DNA of 64,000 nucleotides from Bacteroidota bacterium. Its GTDB lineage: Bacteria; Bacteroidota; Ignavibacteria; OLB7. The stretch spans positions 2,620 through 66,619 of the forward strand of contig JBEHWX010000018.1 of NCBI GenBank assembly GCA_048498995.1, read 5' to 3'. Positions 1-8,813 of the stretch are shown here, in pieces. The position numbers and the translations under genes were made by a program. Position 1 is the stretch's first letter; each line of letters starts with the position of its first letter. The notes below the pieces were generated by a model, which was not told the origin of the DNA, ran no database searches, and was given only the letters and a program-made list of their open reading frames with translations.

Positions 1-868
1 AGCGAAGGTAGAGTATCGCCAACCCGGCGACGGTCAGCACGAGCAGGTGGGGCGAGAGCGCGAAGGCCTTCAGCGCCTGCAGGCCGACGAGCTTGGCGAT
101 GCCGGTAAGGGTGGCGTGCGGCACGTTCCCCTTGAGCAGGAGGGAGTTCGGCAGGAACTCCCAGCCATGCGAGGTGGAGAAGAGCCCGTAGGCGATCACC
201 GGCAGCAGGCCGGCCACGACGAGCAGCACCGCGTAGAGCCGCTTCCGACGGAAGAAGAGAAGCAGCGCGGCCGAGGCGATCAGGAACATCCCCTCGTAGC
301 GCGCCGCCGTCAGAATCGGCGCCATCGCCAGCAGGGCGATCTCCGGGAGCGAGATCCTGGAGCCGCCGTCGGCGCCGGCGATGATATCGGACGCCAGATA
401 GAGAAAGGCGAGCGCGACCGTGGCGTGCAGCAGATGCTCGAGCCCGGTCATTGCCACCGGCACCAGCGGCGTCAGCACGATGATCGCCAGGAGCACCAGC
501 GCCACCGTGACGGAGCGGCCGAGGAAGCGACGGAGCACGCCGTGACAGAGCAGCAGCAGGAGCGCGCCGAAGAGAAGGTTGAGCACCAGCGGCGCCATCT
601 CGCTCACCCCGCCGATGATGTACCACGCGGTGATCATCATCAGCCAGAGAGGCGAGGAGGAGGAGTTCGAGAACTCGAACGGCGTAACGCCCCACGCCCC
701 GTGGCGGGCGATGTTCCTGGCCATCGCCATGTGGATGTAGGGATCGTCCAGCACGTAGACGAAGTGCCCGCCGGTGGCCCCGAGCGCGGAGCGGATCTCC
801 AGCAAGGAGATCGCCGCCATCACGGCCAGCCCTGCCGCAAGCGGCCAGTGTCTGCGAAGAAAGTTCAC
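1..868 (-). CDS. Multi-TM GT-C-fold glycosyltransferase-like membrane protein (3' end runs off window)
   Basis: Absent from the ORF track because it has no stop in the window. Manual translation from GTG at 868 gives MNFLRRHWPL...GHFVYVLDDPYIHMAMARNIARHGAWGVTPFEFSNSSSSPLW, a DD motif after the first TM helix, followed by hydrophobic segments. Confidence 0.7.
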   Translation of the reverse strand, partial: MNFLRRHWPLAAGLAVMAAISLLEIRSALGATGGHFVYVLDDPYIHMAMARNIARHGAWGVTPFEFSNSSSSPLWLMMITAWYIIGGVSEMAPLVLNLLFGALLLLLCHGVLRRFLGRSVTVALVLLAIIVLTPLVPVAMTGLEHLLHATVALAFLYLASDIIAGADGGSRISLPEIALLAMAPILTAARYEGMFLIASAALLLFFRRKRLYAVLLVVAGLLPVIAYGLFSTSHGWEFLPNSLLLKGNVPHATLTGIAKLVGLQALKAFALSPHLLVLTVAGLAILYLR

Positions 869-963
869 GGGTCGTTCTCGATATCGGATTGTAGAACAGG
901 CCTTCAGCTCCCGCGGCCGGGGTCGCGACGGACGATCGGCGACGGCCAGGCCGCGACGGCCGG

Positions 964-2985
964 TCAGCGGGAGATCCGGACCAGGCGGAGGCCACGGAGA
1001 TGGGCCGACTCCGCCGCAAGCGGCCAGAGCCGGATATCGTACCGGTCGGTTGTCGGAAGCCGGAGAGCGCTTCCCGTCGCGTCGGAGGTCACCACGGTGG
1101 CGACCGTCGCATCGCTCCGCGATCCATCGATCCGGGAGAGCCGGAGCGTGACGCGCAGCGGAGCCGACGCATCGCTTTCCAGGCGCCACTCTCCGGCCGG
1201 AAGCGTGATGCCGGTGAGCAGGCCGGGAGCCGCGCGGGCAATCGCGCAGCCGAACACGCCATGCTGGTCCAGACAGGCGGCCGTTCCCGGCTCGCCGGCG
1301 AAGAGATAGCCGGGGATCGCGATGCCGGCCGCGTCACTCCTCACGCCGATGCGCGGGCTGACCAGCCGTGCCCATATCCGCGCCTGGAACGGGTGCGGAT
1401 CCCTCCCCTCGAACGTCAGCAGCCGGTACTCCCGGTGAAACGCCGGCTCGGCAAGCAGCTCCCGCTCGCCGACGAAGCAGGCGGTATCGCCGCCGACGTG
1501 ATCGCACAGCAGCACCAGATCGGGACGGCGCGCTAGCACGTAGCGCCCGTCGCCGAGCTCGTGCCCGATCTTCCCCCGTCCGAACTCCGCCGTCCGATGT
1601 CGCGCGATATGCGCGTCGTTGAGGCCGAGCATGTCGATGGCAGGAAGCTCCGACCAGTACGGGATGCACCCGGCCGCGGCCACCGCGATCACCGGCTGCT
1701 GATTCGCGAAGGCATGCTTCAGCAGAAGGCCCACCACCTGCCCGTCCCACTCCCACCGCTCGGCCCGCGCCGGCCGATTGGCCGGATCGAGCCACTGAAG
1801 CGGAGCGTAGAGCGTGAGCGCCGCGAGCACGACCGCCAGCGCCATCGGCCGCGAGCGCGCCGCGAGCATGCGCGCCCCCTCGACCGTGCCGAGCGCCACC
1901 ATCACCGTGGCGACCAGCATGTGCCGGCGTCCGGGAAAGATGTCGCCGCCGACAAAGAGAACGTACAGACACCAGAGCGCGAGCGGCGCGGCCAACAGAA
2001 GCAGCCGGCGGCGGCTCCGGGGAATCGGCTCGCCAAAGAGCAGTCCGGCACCGATCACGACGAGGAGCGGGAGCACCGAGCCGCACCACTTCAGCACGTA
2101 GTTGGCGCCGCCGGCGAGGCGCTCCGGCGTGAGCGCGAGCTTGGCGTGCGCGGTGTTCGGCAGCAGCTCGCCGTAGTAGGCGATCCTGAAGACGACCTGG
2201 CCGAGCGCGAACAGCGCGGCGATCGCGGCCACGCCGAGCGCGTTACGCCACGCGACTCCCGACATCCTTCGATCGGCGCGACACGCGGCGATGAGCCCGA
2301 CAAGGCTTCCCACCAGGAGCACCGGCGCATCCGGACGCGTGAGCGCGAGCAGGCCGAAGAGTGTGCCGATGCCCAGCACTCGGCCGCGCGTGAACCGCGT
2401 TCCATCCATCCCGGAATAGAGCAGAACGAGTCCCCAGGCGAGCAGACCAGCCAGCAACGGCTGTTCCAGGCCGCCGACCGCCCAGATGGCGGCCGGACCG
2501 GAGAGCGCCAGCGCGAGCATGCCGGTCATGGCCGGGATCCACGATGCCGTGCGGCCTCCATCGGCGCGTGCGCCGGGGCGTGCGCCGGGGCGTGCGCCGG
2601 CGGCATATGCGATGGCGACGATGGCCGCGCCGAGGCCGGCCATGCCGAGGATCCGCGCGGCTACCACGAGATCGACGCCGAGGGCTCCGAGGGCCGCGGC
2701 CAGAAGAACCCAGAGAAGATTCGAATATCCCTCCACCGGCGATCCCGGACTCCAGGTGAGGCCATGGCCGGCAACCAGGCGCGCCGCGTAGCGAAGCGAG
2801 ATCAATGCGTCATCGGCGATGAACGGGAGATAGAGCTCGGCGTGCAGCCAGAGCAGCGGAAGCGCGACGAGCGCGAAGGCGGACGCGACGGGATCGATCC
2901 CCAGCCCACGGCGCGGCGCATCGGCCGAGCCGTCGACGGAGATGCGAGGCTGATCGGTTGTCGACGGAGGGATCGTCCGGAGCAT
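964..2985 (-). CDS. GT-C-fold (arabinofuranosyl/mannosyltransferase-like) membrane protein
   Basis: DDALISLRYA...VEGYSNLLW, GLEQPL, TRPD, YYGELLPNT and IDMLGLND motifs; many TM helices. Confidence 0.75.
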   Translation of the reverse strand: MLRTIPPSTTDQPRISVDGSADAPRRGLGIDPVASAFALVALPLLWLHAELYLPFIADDALISLRYAARLVAGHGLTWSPGSPVEGYSNLLWVLLAAALGALGVDLVVAARILGMAGLGAAIVAIAYAAGARPGARPGARADGGRTASWIPAMTGMLALALSGPAAIWAVGGLEQPLLAGLLAWGLVLLYSGMDGTRFTRGRVLGIGTLFGLLALTRPDAPVLLVGSLVGLIAACRADRRMSGVAWRNALGVAAIAALFALGQVVFRIAYYGELLPNTAHAKLALTPERLAGGANYVLKWCGSVLPLLVVIGAGLLFGEPIPRSRRRLLLLAAPLALWCLYVLFVGGDIFPGRRHMLVATVMVALGTVEGARMLAARSRPMALAVVLAALTLYAPLQWLDPANRPARAERWEWDGQVVGLLLKHAFANQQPVIAVAAAGCIPYWSELPAIDMLGLNDAHIARHRTAEFGRGKIGHELGDGRYVLARRPDLVLLCDHVGGDTACFVGERELLAEPAFHREYRLLTFEGRDPHPFQARIWARLVSPRIGVRSDAAGIAIPGYLFAGEPGTAACLDQHGVFGCAIARAAPGLLTGITLPAGEWRLESDASAPLRVTLRLSRIDGSRSDATVATVVTSDATGSALRLPTTDRYDIRLWPLAAESAHLRGLRLVRISR

Positions 2986-3279
2986 GGTTACTGCGAAGCG
3001 TCGTCGGGAAGGAGCGCCGGGCCGCGCCGGAAGCGTCCGGTGAAGCCGCCAAGTTAGTCAATCCACCGTAGTTCCGGGTCGCGCGCCGCAGCCGGCCGCC
3101 GCGCCCGATCACGGCCGCATGATCGGGCATCGACAATTGGACATCGACGCGAGCACGATCCTTCCTATGTTGCGTCCCCTTCGGAACAACGACGCCCGCG
3201 GGGCGTGAGCCTGGTCCGCGGGCATTACTGTTCCGATCATCGATCCTGTATTCTTCCACGAATCCGCCATGACGCCGCG

Positions 3280-3573
3280 ATGAGATGTCACCCGAACGCG
3301 ACCCGATGCCTCTACTGCGGGCGGATCACGACGCTGGTCTGGGTGCACGGCCATGGCCAGTGCTCATTCTGCGGCGTGAACGTGGATGAGTGCTGTCGCG
3401 GCGAGCAGGCGCCGAGCGCGCGCGGAGATATCGGGACGGATATCGGAACCGATACTCCCGGCGAGGGAGCCGCCCGGCTTCGTCCGGCGCCGAAGGGGAT
3501 CGCCGGAGCGCGCATCAGGCCGGTGGATGCTCCGGAGCTCCCGGACCAGGCGCCGGGCCGCCGGCGACGTTGA
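3280..3573 (+). CDS. Small Cys/His-rich putative zinc-finger protein
   Basis: CLYC...VHGHGQCSFC...ECC cluster; ATG at 3280; low-complexity tail overlaps the pdxB 3' end. Confidence 0.5.
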   Translation: MRCHPNATRCLYCGRITTLVWVHGHGQCSFCGVNVDECCRGEQAPSARGDIGTDIGTDTPGEGAARLRPAPKGIAGARIRPVDAPELPDQAPGRRRR

Positions 3574-4693
3574 ATCCGAGGAGCCGCAGGCGCGCGGCGA
3601 GCGCGGCATCCTCCGTCATCGCCACATGCGCCGGAAACTCCCGCCGCATCGGATATTCCTTCCGCATCCGGTCGAACGCGACGCGACGCGCGTCGGCATC
3701 GAGCGGCAGCGCCGCGCGGAGGCGCCGGTCGTCGGCCGCGATATCGTACGCGGCGCGGACCGCCGCGGCCACCGCGAGCCGCGGATCAGCCATGGCGCGG
3801 AGGTCGATCGGGGTCTCCACCGGCGGCAGCGCCTCACGCGCGGACCATCCTTCATCGCTCCCGAGCGCCCGCGCGAGCGCGGTGGCCATCATCTCCGTTC
3901 CCCTCACCTTTCCATCGTACGAGTACCCGGCGATGTGCGGCGTTGCCAGCGCGCATCGCTCCAGCAGCTCCCGCGGCATGGCCGGCTCCTCCCGCCAGAC
4001 GTCGAGCACCGCCGTTGCCGGACGCTTCCGGTCGAGCGCGGCCATGAGTGCCGCGGAGTCCGCCACGCCCCCCCGCGCCGTGTTCAGCAGCACCCCGTCC
4101 GGACGCATCCGGGAGAGGAAGCGCGCGTCGACGAGGCCGCGCGTCGGATACGGGCCCGCGCTTTCGAGCGGGACGTGGAGCGTCACGATCCGGCAGGCGA
4201 GCGCTTCCTCCAGCGACGCGCTCCGGAAGCCCGGCTCCCTGGCCGCGCGCGGCGGATCGTGGAGCACGGGTCGCAGCCCGAGCGCCGGCGCCATCGCCGC
4301 CACCAGCGAGCCCACGTTCCCCACGCCGATGATGCCGATCTCCTCACCGTCGAGGGAGGCCAGGCCCCGCGCCTCGAGCTCCAGGAGCGCCGCGGTCACG
4401 TACTCGGCCACCGAGCGCGCGTTGGAGCCGGCCGCGTCCGCGAAGGCGATCCCACGCGCGGCCAGATAGTCGAGGTCGATGTGATCGGTGCCGATGGTGG
4501 CGGTGCCGACGAAGCGGACGGCCGTCCCCTCCAGCAGCGCGCGGTCGACGCGCGTCACCGAGCGGACCACCAGCGCCTCGGCGTCGCGGAGATCCTCCGG
4601 GGTGATGCTCCGCCCCGGCAGCGCGCGCAGCCGGCCGAAGCGAGCGAGCGCCCGCGCCGCCAGCGGAATGTTCTCGTCGACGACGATCGTCAT
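3515..4693 (-). CDS. pdxB: 4-phosphoerythronate dehydrogenase
   Basis: IVVDENIP, VRSVTRV, TATIGTDHID, GVGNVG, LHVPL, NTARG, DVW.EP and TPHIAGYS motifs. Confidence 0.93.
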   Translation of the reverse strand: MTIVVDENIPLAARALARFGRLRALPGRSITPEDLRDAEALVVRSVTRVDRALLEGTAVRFVGTATIGTDHIDLDYLAARGIAFADAAGSNARSVAEYVTAALLELEARGLASLDGEEIGIIGVGNVGSLVAAMAPALGLRPVLHDPPRAAREPGFRSASLEEALACRIVTLHVPLESAGPYPTRGLVDARFLSRMRPDGVLLNTARGGVADSAALMAALDRKRPATAVLDVWREEPAMPRELLERCALATPHIAGYSYDGKVRGTEMMATALARALGSDEGWSAREALPPVETPIDLRAMADPRLAVAAAVRAAYDIAADDRRLRAALPLDADARRVAFDRMRKEYPMRREFPAHVAMTEDAALAARLRLLGFNVAGGPAPGPGAPEHPPA

Positions 4694-5265
4694 CCCCCCT
4701 TCTCCTCCTGGTGCTTCCGGTCGCGCAGGTATGCGCCGAGCAGCCCATGGCGGCGGATGCCGTCGAGCGAATCGAGGTAATGGTTCTTCAGAAACCGGTT
4801 CTGCTGCGCCATCGACCGGTAGGCGGCGATCATGCTTCGGAGGCCGGCCTCGGCCGTCCGGAGGCAGAGGGAATCCCGCGCGGCCCCCCCGACGGAGCCC
4901 CCGACGGAATCATCGTCCCGCATCGTGGCGGCCGCGCCGGCGGCGCCGAGCATGTACTGCGCGGAGAGCTCATCGCGATACGGATGCTCCCGGCGCTCGA
5001 GCTGCCGCTCCACCTCCTCGATGTAGGTGGCGTCGACGCCGCAGGAGCCGAGCCGGGCCGTGGCCATCCAGGTCAGCAGACGGCGACGCAGCCCCTGCGC
5101 CGAGCGGTCGAGCGGGTCGCGCTCCAGACGATGGATCAGTTCCGGGATGGAATCGTTCGGGATCGATATCGGCGGCCCCTCCCGTCCGCTTCCGGCGCGG
5201 GGAGCGGGCAGCACCGCGAGGATCAGCAGCAGCGGAAGGATGCGGAGATAGTCAGGAGAGGGCAT
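4690..5265 (-). CDS. Secreted hypothetical protein
   Basis: Probable start MPSPDYLRILPLLLILAV (signal peptide); stop overlaps the pdxB start (ATGA). Confidence 0.65.
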   Translation of the reverse strand: MPSPDYLRILPLLLILAVLPAPRAGSGREGPPISIPNDSIPELIHRLERDPLDRSAQGLRRRLLTWMATARLGSCGVDATYIEEVERQLERREHPYRDELSAQYMLGAAGAAATMRDDDSVGGSVGGAARDSLCLRTAEAGLRSMIAAYRSMAQQNRFLKNHYLDSLDGIRRHGLLGAYLRDRKHQEEKGG

Positions 5266-5309
5266 GAGGATCGACGTGCCCCACGGCGGCGAAGGCCGGG
5301 GCGGACCGG

Positions 5310-6005
5310 TCACGGAAGGAAAGAGTACCCATCCTCCGGGACGTGATTCGTGATGTAGAGGGACCAGCCGGGGAATACTTCGTAGCGGTCGCCGAAGGCG
5401 AAGGCCACGCCGGGAAAGCGGATCGTGTCGCCGGAGACGACGTAGGGGTGGGTCTCCTCCGGAAGAGCGTTGTTCCCCTGCACCGACCAGGTGGCGTGGC
5501 CATCGGCGAAGCTGAGGAAATATCGGCTGCCGCTGATCTCCATGTCGGCCGCGTCGGTGCTCCAGGAGCCGGCAAGCGCGGCGTTGGCGCCGAGGAAGCG
5601 CATCCCGCGATAATAGAAGAGCCGCCCGCCCCGCCTGAAGAAGTACCAGTAGCGGAGGAGGGTATCCCCCTTCTCGCGGTCGATCTCGAGGGTCCGGAGA
5701 TAGCCGTCGCCGACGCTCTCGAACTGGAGCGTCACGTCGCTGACGGTGACCAGGGACCAGCCGCCGGCGTCCTCGACGAAGACGCTGTCGCGCATCCGGC
5801 CGGTCGTCTGCGACGTCAGGTCGAGCCGGCTCCGGATCTGGGAAGGGCCCGATCCTCCGGATGCCTGATAGGTCCTGACCAGCGACCAGCGTCCGAGCGG
5901 GACGAGCGGGTTGGAGGAAACGGAGGTCGGCGTCTCGGAGCAACCGGCAATGGCCAGCAGCAGGAGCAGCGGAAGAAGGCGATATGTCGGATGGGAGAAC
6001 AACAT
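5310..6005 (-). CDS. Hypothetical lipoprotein (two lipocalin-like beta repeats)
   Basis: Lipobox LAIAGC; GRWSL and GSWST motifs. Confidence 0.7.
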   Translation of the reverse strand: MLFSHPTYRLLPLLLLLAIAGCSETPTSVSSNPLVPLGRWSLVRTYQASGGSGPSQIRSRLDLTSQTTGRMRDSVFVEDAGGWSLVTVSDVTLQFESVGDGYLRTLEIDREKGDTLLRYWYFFRRGGRLFYYRGMRFLGANAALAGSWSTDAADMEISGSRYFLSFADGHATWSVQGNNALPEETHPYVVSGDTIRFPGVAFAFGDRYEVFPGWSLYITNHVPEDGYSFLP

Positions 6006-6040
6006 AGCGACGTGAGGTCCGAAGGGGTGCGGGTCGCGGA

Positions 6041-6778
6041 TTATCGCGCGGAGTCCGATTCCAGGGCGAGGCTGCGTGCCCGCTCCAGTTGCTCCGGCTT
6101 GCCGATATCCACCCAGACCGAGCCATCGACGCGATGGGCGGCCACGCGATGGCCGGCGGCGATCAGTCTCACGTAAAGATCGATGATCGAGAACGGACCT
6201 GACTCGGTAATCAGCTCGAAGATACGGGGGGAGATCACATGAATACCACAGAAGCCGAGCTCCACCGTCGGCCCGATCGGCTCGCGTCCCTTGCGAAGAA
6301 GACCCGTAGCGCGATTTCCGTAACCGCACAGGCTCCCCTCCCCGTCGAACAGAAGATAGCGGGAGGTGTCCCGCTCCATCACCGCGAGGGTCGCCAGGCT
6401 CCGGCTCTCGTCGTGTGCCCGGTAGAGCGCGGCCAGATCGATCTCCGAATAGATGTCCCCGTTGTGGAGCAGGAACGGCTCGCTCCCCCGGAACAGGGGC
6501 GCCGCCTTCTTCAGGCCGCCGCCGGTCTCCAGCAGGTGATCCGATTCATCGGAGATCGCGATCTCCGCCCCCAGGTCGAGCCCCTCGAGAAACGCGTTCA
6601 TCTGCCCGGCATGGTGATGAACGTTGACGATGATCCGGTCGGCGCCGACGGCCACGAGGCGACGCGCCACCAGCTCGAGCATCGGACGGCCGCCGACCTC
6701 GATCAGCGCTTTCGGCGTCGTGTCGGTATAGGGACGGAGCCGGGTGCCGAGTCCGGCGGCAAAGATCATCGCATCCAT
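6041..6778 (-). CDS. murU: Nucleotidyltransferase, MurNAc-alpha-1-phosphate uridylyltransferase-like
   Basis: AMIFAAGLGTRLRPYT..PKAL, LLETGGGL and WVDIGKPE; adjacent to an AmgK-like kinase. Confidence 0.85.
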   Translation of the reverse strand: MDAMIFAAGLGTRLRPYTDTTPKALIEVGGRPMLELVARRLVAVGADRIIVNVHHHAGQMNAFLEGLDLGAEIAISDESDHLLETGGGLKKAAPLFRGSEPFLLHNGDIYSEIDLAALYRAHDESRSLATLAVMERDTSRYLLFDGEGSLCGYGNRATGLLRKGREPIGPTVELGFCGIHVISPRIFELITESGPFSIIDLYVRLIAAGHRVAAHRVDGSVWVDIGKPEQLERARSLALESDSAR

Positions 6779-6880
6779 CGGGGGAGGGAAATATGAATCG
6801 GAACGGATCGGGAAGATTTCATGAGGGTGAGCGGACGAGCACCATCCGGCCGGATCGAGCGTCCGGCGAGGCGCATCGGA

Positions 6881-8407
6881 TCAGGGAAGGGTCCGGACCC
6901 AGCGATCCCGCTCGCGATGCTCGAGCTCCACGCTCACACCGGGAAAGCGATCCCGGAGATGACGGGAAAGGCGCTCGGCGAAATAGACCGAGCGATGCTG
7001 GCCACCGGTGCAGCCGAAGGAGACGCTCAGGTGGGCGAATCCCCGTTCCAGATAGGCCTCGACCGCGTTGTCGATCAGAAGGCTCACGCCGGTCCAGAAG
7101 ATCTCCACCCCCTTCTCCTTCTCGAGGAACTCGATCACGGGACGATCGCAGCCGCAGAGGATTTTGTACTGATCGTAGCGCCCGGGATTATGGATGGCGC
7201 GGCAGTCGAAGACGAAGCCCCCTCCATGCTCGGAGCCCTCGGCCGGATAGCCGCGCCGGTAGCTGAAGCTCCGGACCAGCACCCGGAGCGGGCTCGCTTC
7301 GGTCGCATCCTCCCCGGCGGGCGAGGCCGGCTCGGGAGCGGCCGCCGCGGACGCGGATTCGGCGGCGGCATCGGGCTGGGTCTTCATCCGATCACCGGAG
7401 GCGAAGCGCTCGTCGGCGATGATCCGCTCGAAGACGGCGCGCAGCTCCGGCAGCTCGACCGGCATCGGCCCGCGGCTCAGGATGCCGGCGATATTCGCCA
7501 CCGCGTAGGGAACGCTCGCCAGGAAATGCTCCTTCCGCTCGAAGAAGCCCCGATAGCCGTAGGCCCCCATCGCCTGCATGATCCGGATCAGCACGAATCC
7601 CCGGTAGAGCTCGACGAAGCGCTCCCGGTCCACCGGCATCAGCCGCTCCAGCTCATCGAGGTAGAGCTCCAGGAAGCGTTCGCGGAGGTGATCCGGGATC
7701 GCCGCCTTCGCGTCGTAGAGGAGCGATGCGATATCGTAGTGGAGCGCGCCGAGGCGTCCCCCCTGGTAATCGATCAGCCAGGGGTTGCCGTCGCGCGCCA
7801 TGATGTTCCGCGACTGGAAATCCCGATAGAGGAACGTGGTCCGATCGGCCTCCAGGAGCAGATCGCAGAGCCGGCGGAAATCCTCCTCGAGCCGCTCCTC
7901 ATGGAACGGGATATGGGCGAGCTTGAGGAAGTGATACTTGAAGTAGTTGAGATCCCACATCATCGACCGGCGGTCGAACTCGCGGCAGGGATAGGCCACC
8001 GAGAAGTCGATGGCGCGCCCCCCCTCGATCTGCAGACGGGGAAGGAGCGATATCACCTTCCGGTAGAGCTCGATCACCTCCTCGGGGAACTCCCCCTCTC
8101 CCCTCCCCTTCATCAGAAGGTCGAAGAGCGTGGTATCGCCGAGATCCTCCTCCAGGTAGATCCCCGCCTCCTCATCGGCGGCATGGATCTCCGGGACCGG
8201 GAAGTCGAGGGAGCGAAAGGTGCGGGAGAAGGAGAGGAAGGCGGTGTTCTCCTCCCGATCGGGGCCATGAACGCCGATCACGGAGGAGCCGTCCGGGCCG
8301 GTGAGGCGATAGATCCGTCGGTTCGATCCATCGGGACGCAGGGGCGTCACCGAGGCGGGCTCGGCGCCGAAGCGCCGGATATACAGGGAGCGGAGTGCGT
8401 CGATCAC
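6881..8407 (-). CDS. AmgK-like anomeric sugar kinase (APH family) fused to a RapZ C-terminal domain
   Basis: GSNRRIYR, LYRDFQSRNIM and IDYQGG; C-terminal SFSY, FVFDCRAIHNPG and FGCTGGQHRSV. Confidence 0.88.
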   Translation of the reverse strand: MIDALRSLYIRRFGAEPASVTPLRPDGSNRRIYRLTGPDGSSVIGVHGPDREENTAFLSFSRTFRSLDFPVPEIHAADEEAGIYLEEDLGDTTLFDLLMKGRGEGEFPEEVIELYRKVISLLPRLQIEGGRAIDFSVAYPCREFDRRSMMWDLNYFKYHFLKLAHIPFHEERLEEDFRRLCDLLLEADRTTFLYRDFQSRNIMARDGNPWLIDYQGGRLGALHYDIASLLYDAKAAIPDHLRERFLELYLDELERLMPVDRERFVELYRGFVLIRIMQAMGAYGYRGFFERKEHFLASVPYAVANIAGILSRGPMPVELPELRAVFERIIADERFASGDRMKTQPDAAAESASAAAAPEPASPAGEDATEASPLRVLVRSFSYRRGYPAEGSEHGGGFVFDCRAIHNPGRYDQYKILCGCDRPVIEFLEKEKGVEIFWTGVSLLIDNAVEAYLERGFAHLSVSFGCTGGQHRSVYFAERLSRHLRDRFPGVSVELEHRERDRWVRTLP

Positions 8408-8566
8408 GCGGAAAGTTTACGCAAATCCGCCGGACCGTCGGTAACGAATCGTCCCGGCGCCCCGGGCCGCGGCAACGGTGATCGGGCGAAGCCCTCTTAC
8501 GTACCACCGCGGCGGCGTGGCAATGGGCTCGCCAATATGAGATGAGAAGGTGGTCGGCGTACTCAG

Positions 8567-8699
8567 GTAGCCGCACGTCGTCAGCGTGCGTGCATTGGCA
8601 ACCGGCGGGGCGGCCACGGGGGGCCGCCCGTACGGAGAGCAAAACGGATCGACACTCTCGAGTAGGCACTCTTTGGTAGGCGCACGTCTTCAGCGTGCG
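8567..8699. repeat. REP cluster: two GTAG(C/G)CGCACGTC(G/T)TCAGCGTGCG copies (8567-8590, 8676-8699) flanking a second REP type (8608-8633)
   Basis: GTAG foot plus CGCACG/CGTGCG hairpin; the same unit recurs at 22556-22888. Confidence 0.8.
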
Positions 8700-8813
8700 C
8701 ACAGCGGGCCATCGCTCACCCACCCATCGAGGAGCTACGTAAGGCCGCCGCGAAGACCCGGAACAGCGGTAACCGCGCCAAAGGGAAATCGGGATAGCCC
8801 CGCGAAGCCCGCC

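Noticed and set aside
47-1309. 420-aa plus-strand ORF
   Set aside because: Shadow of the minus-strand membrane protein genes
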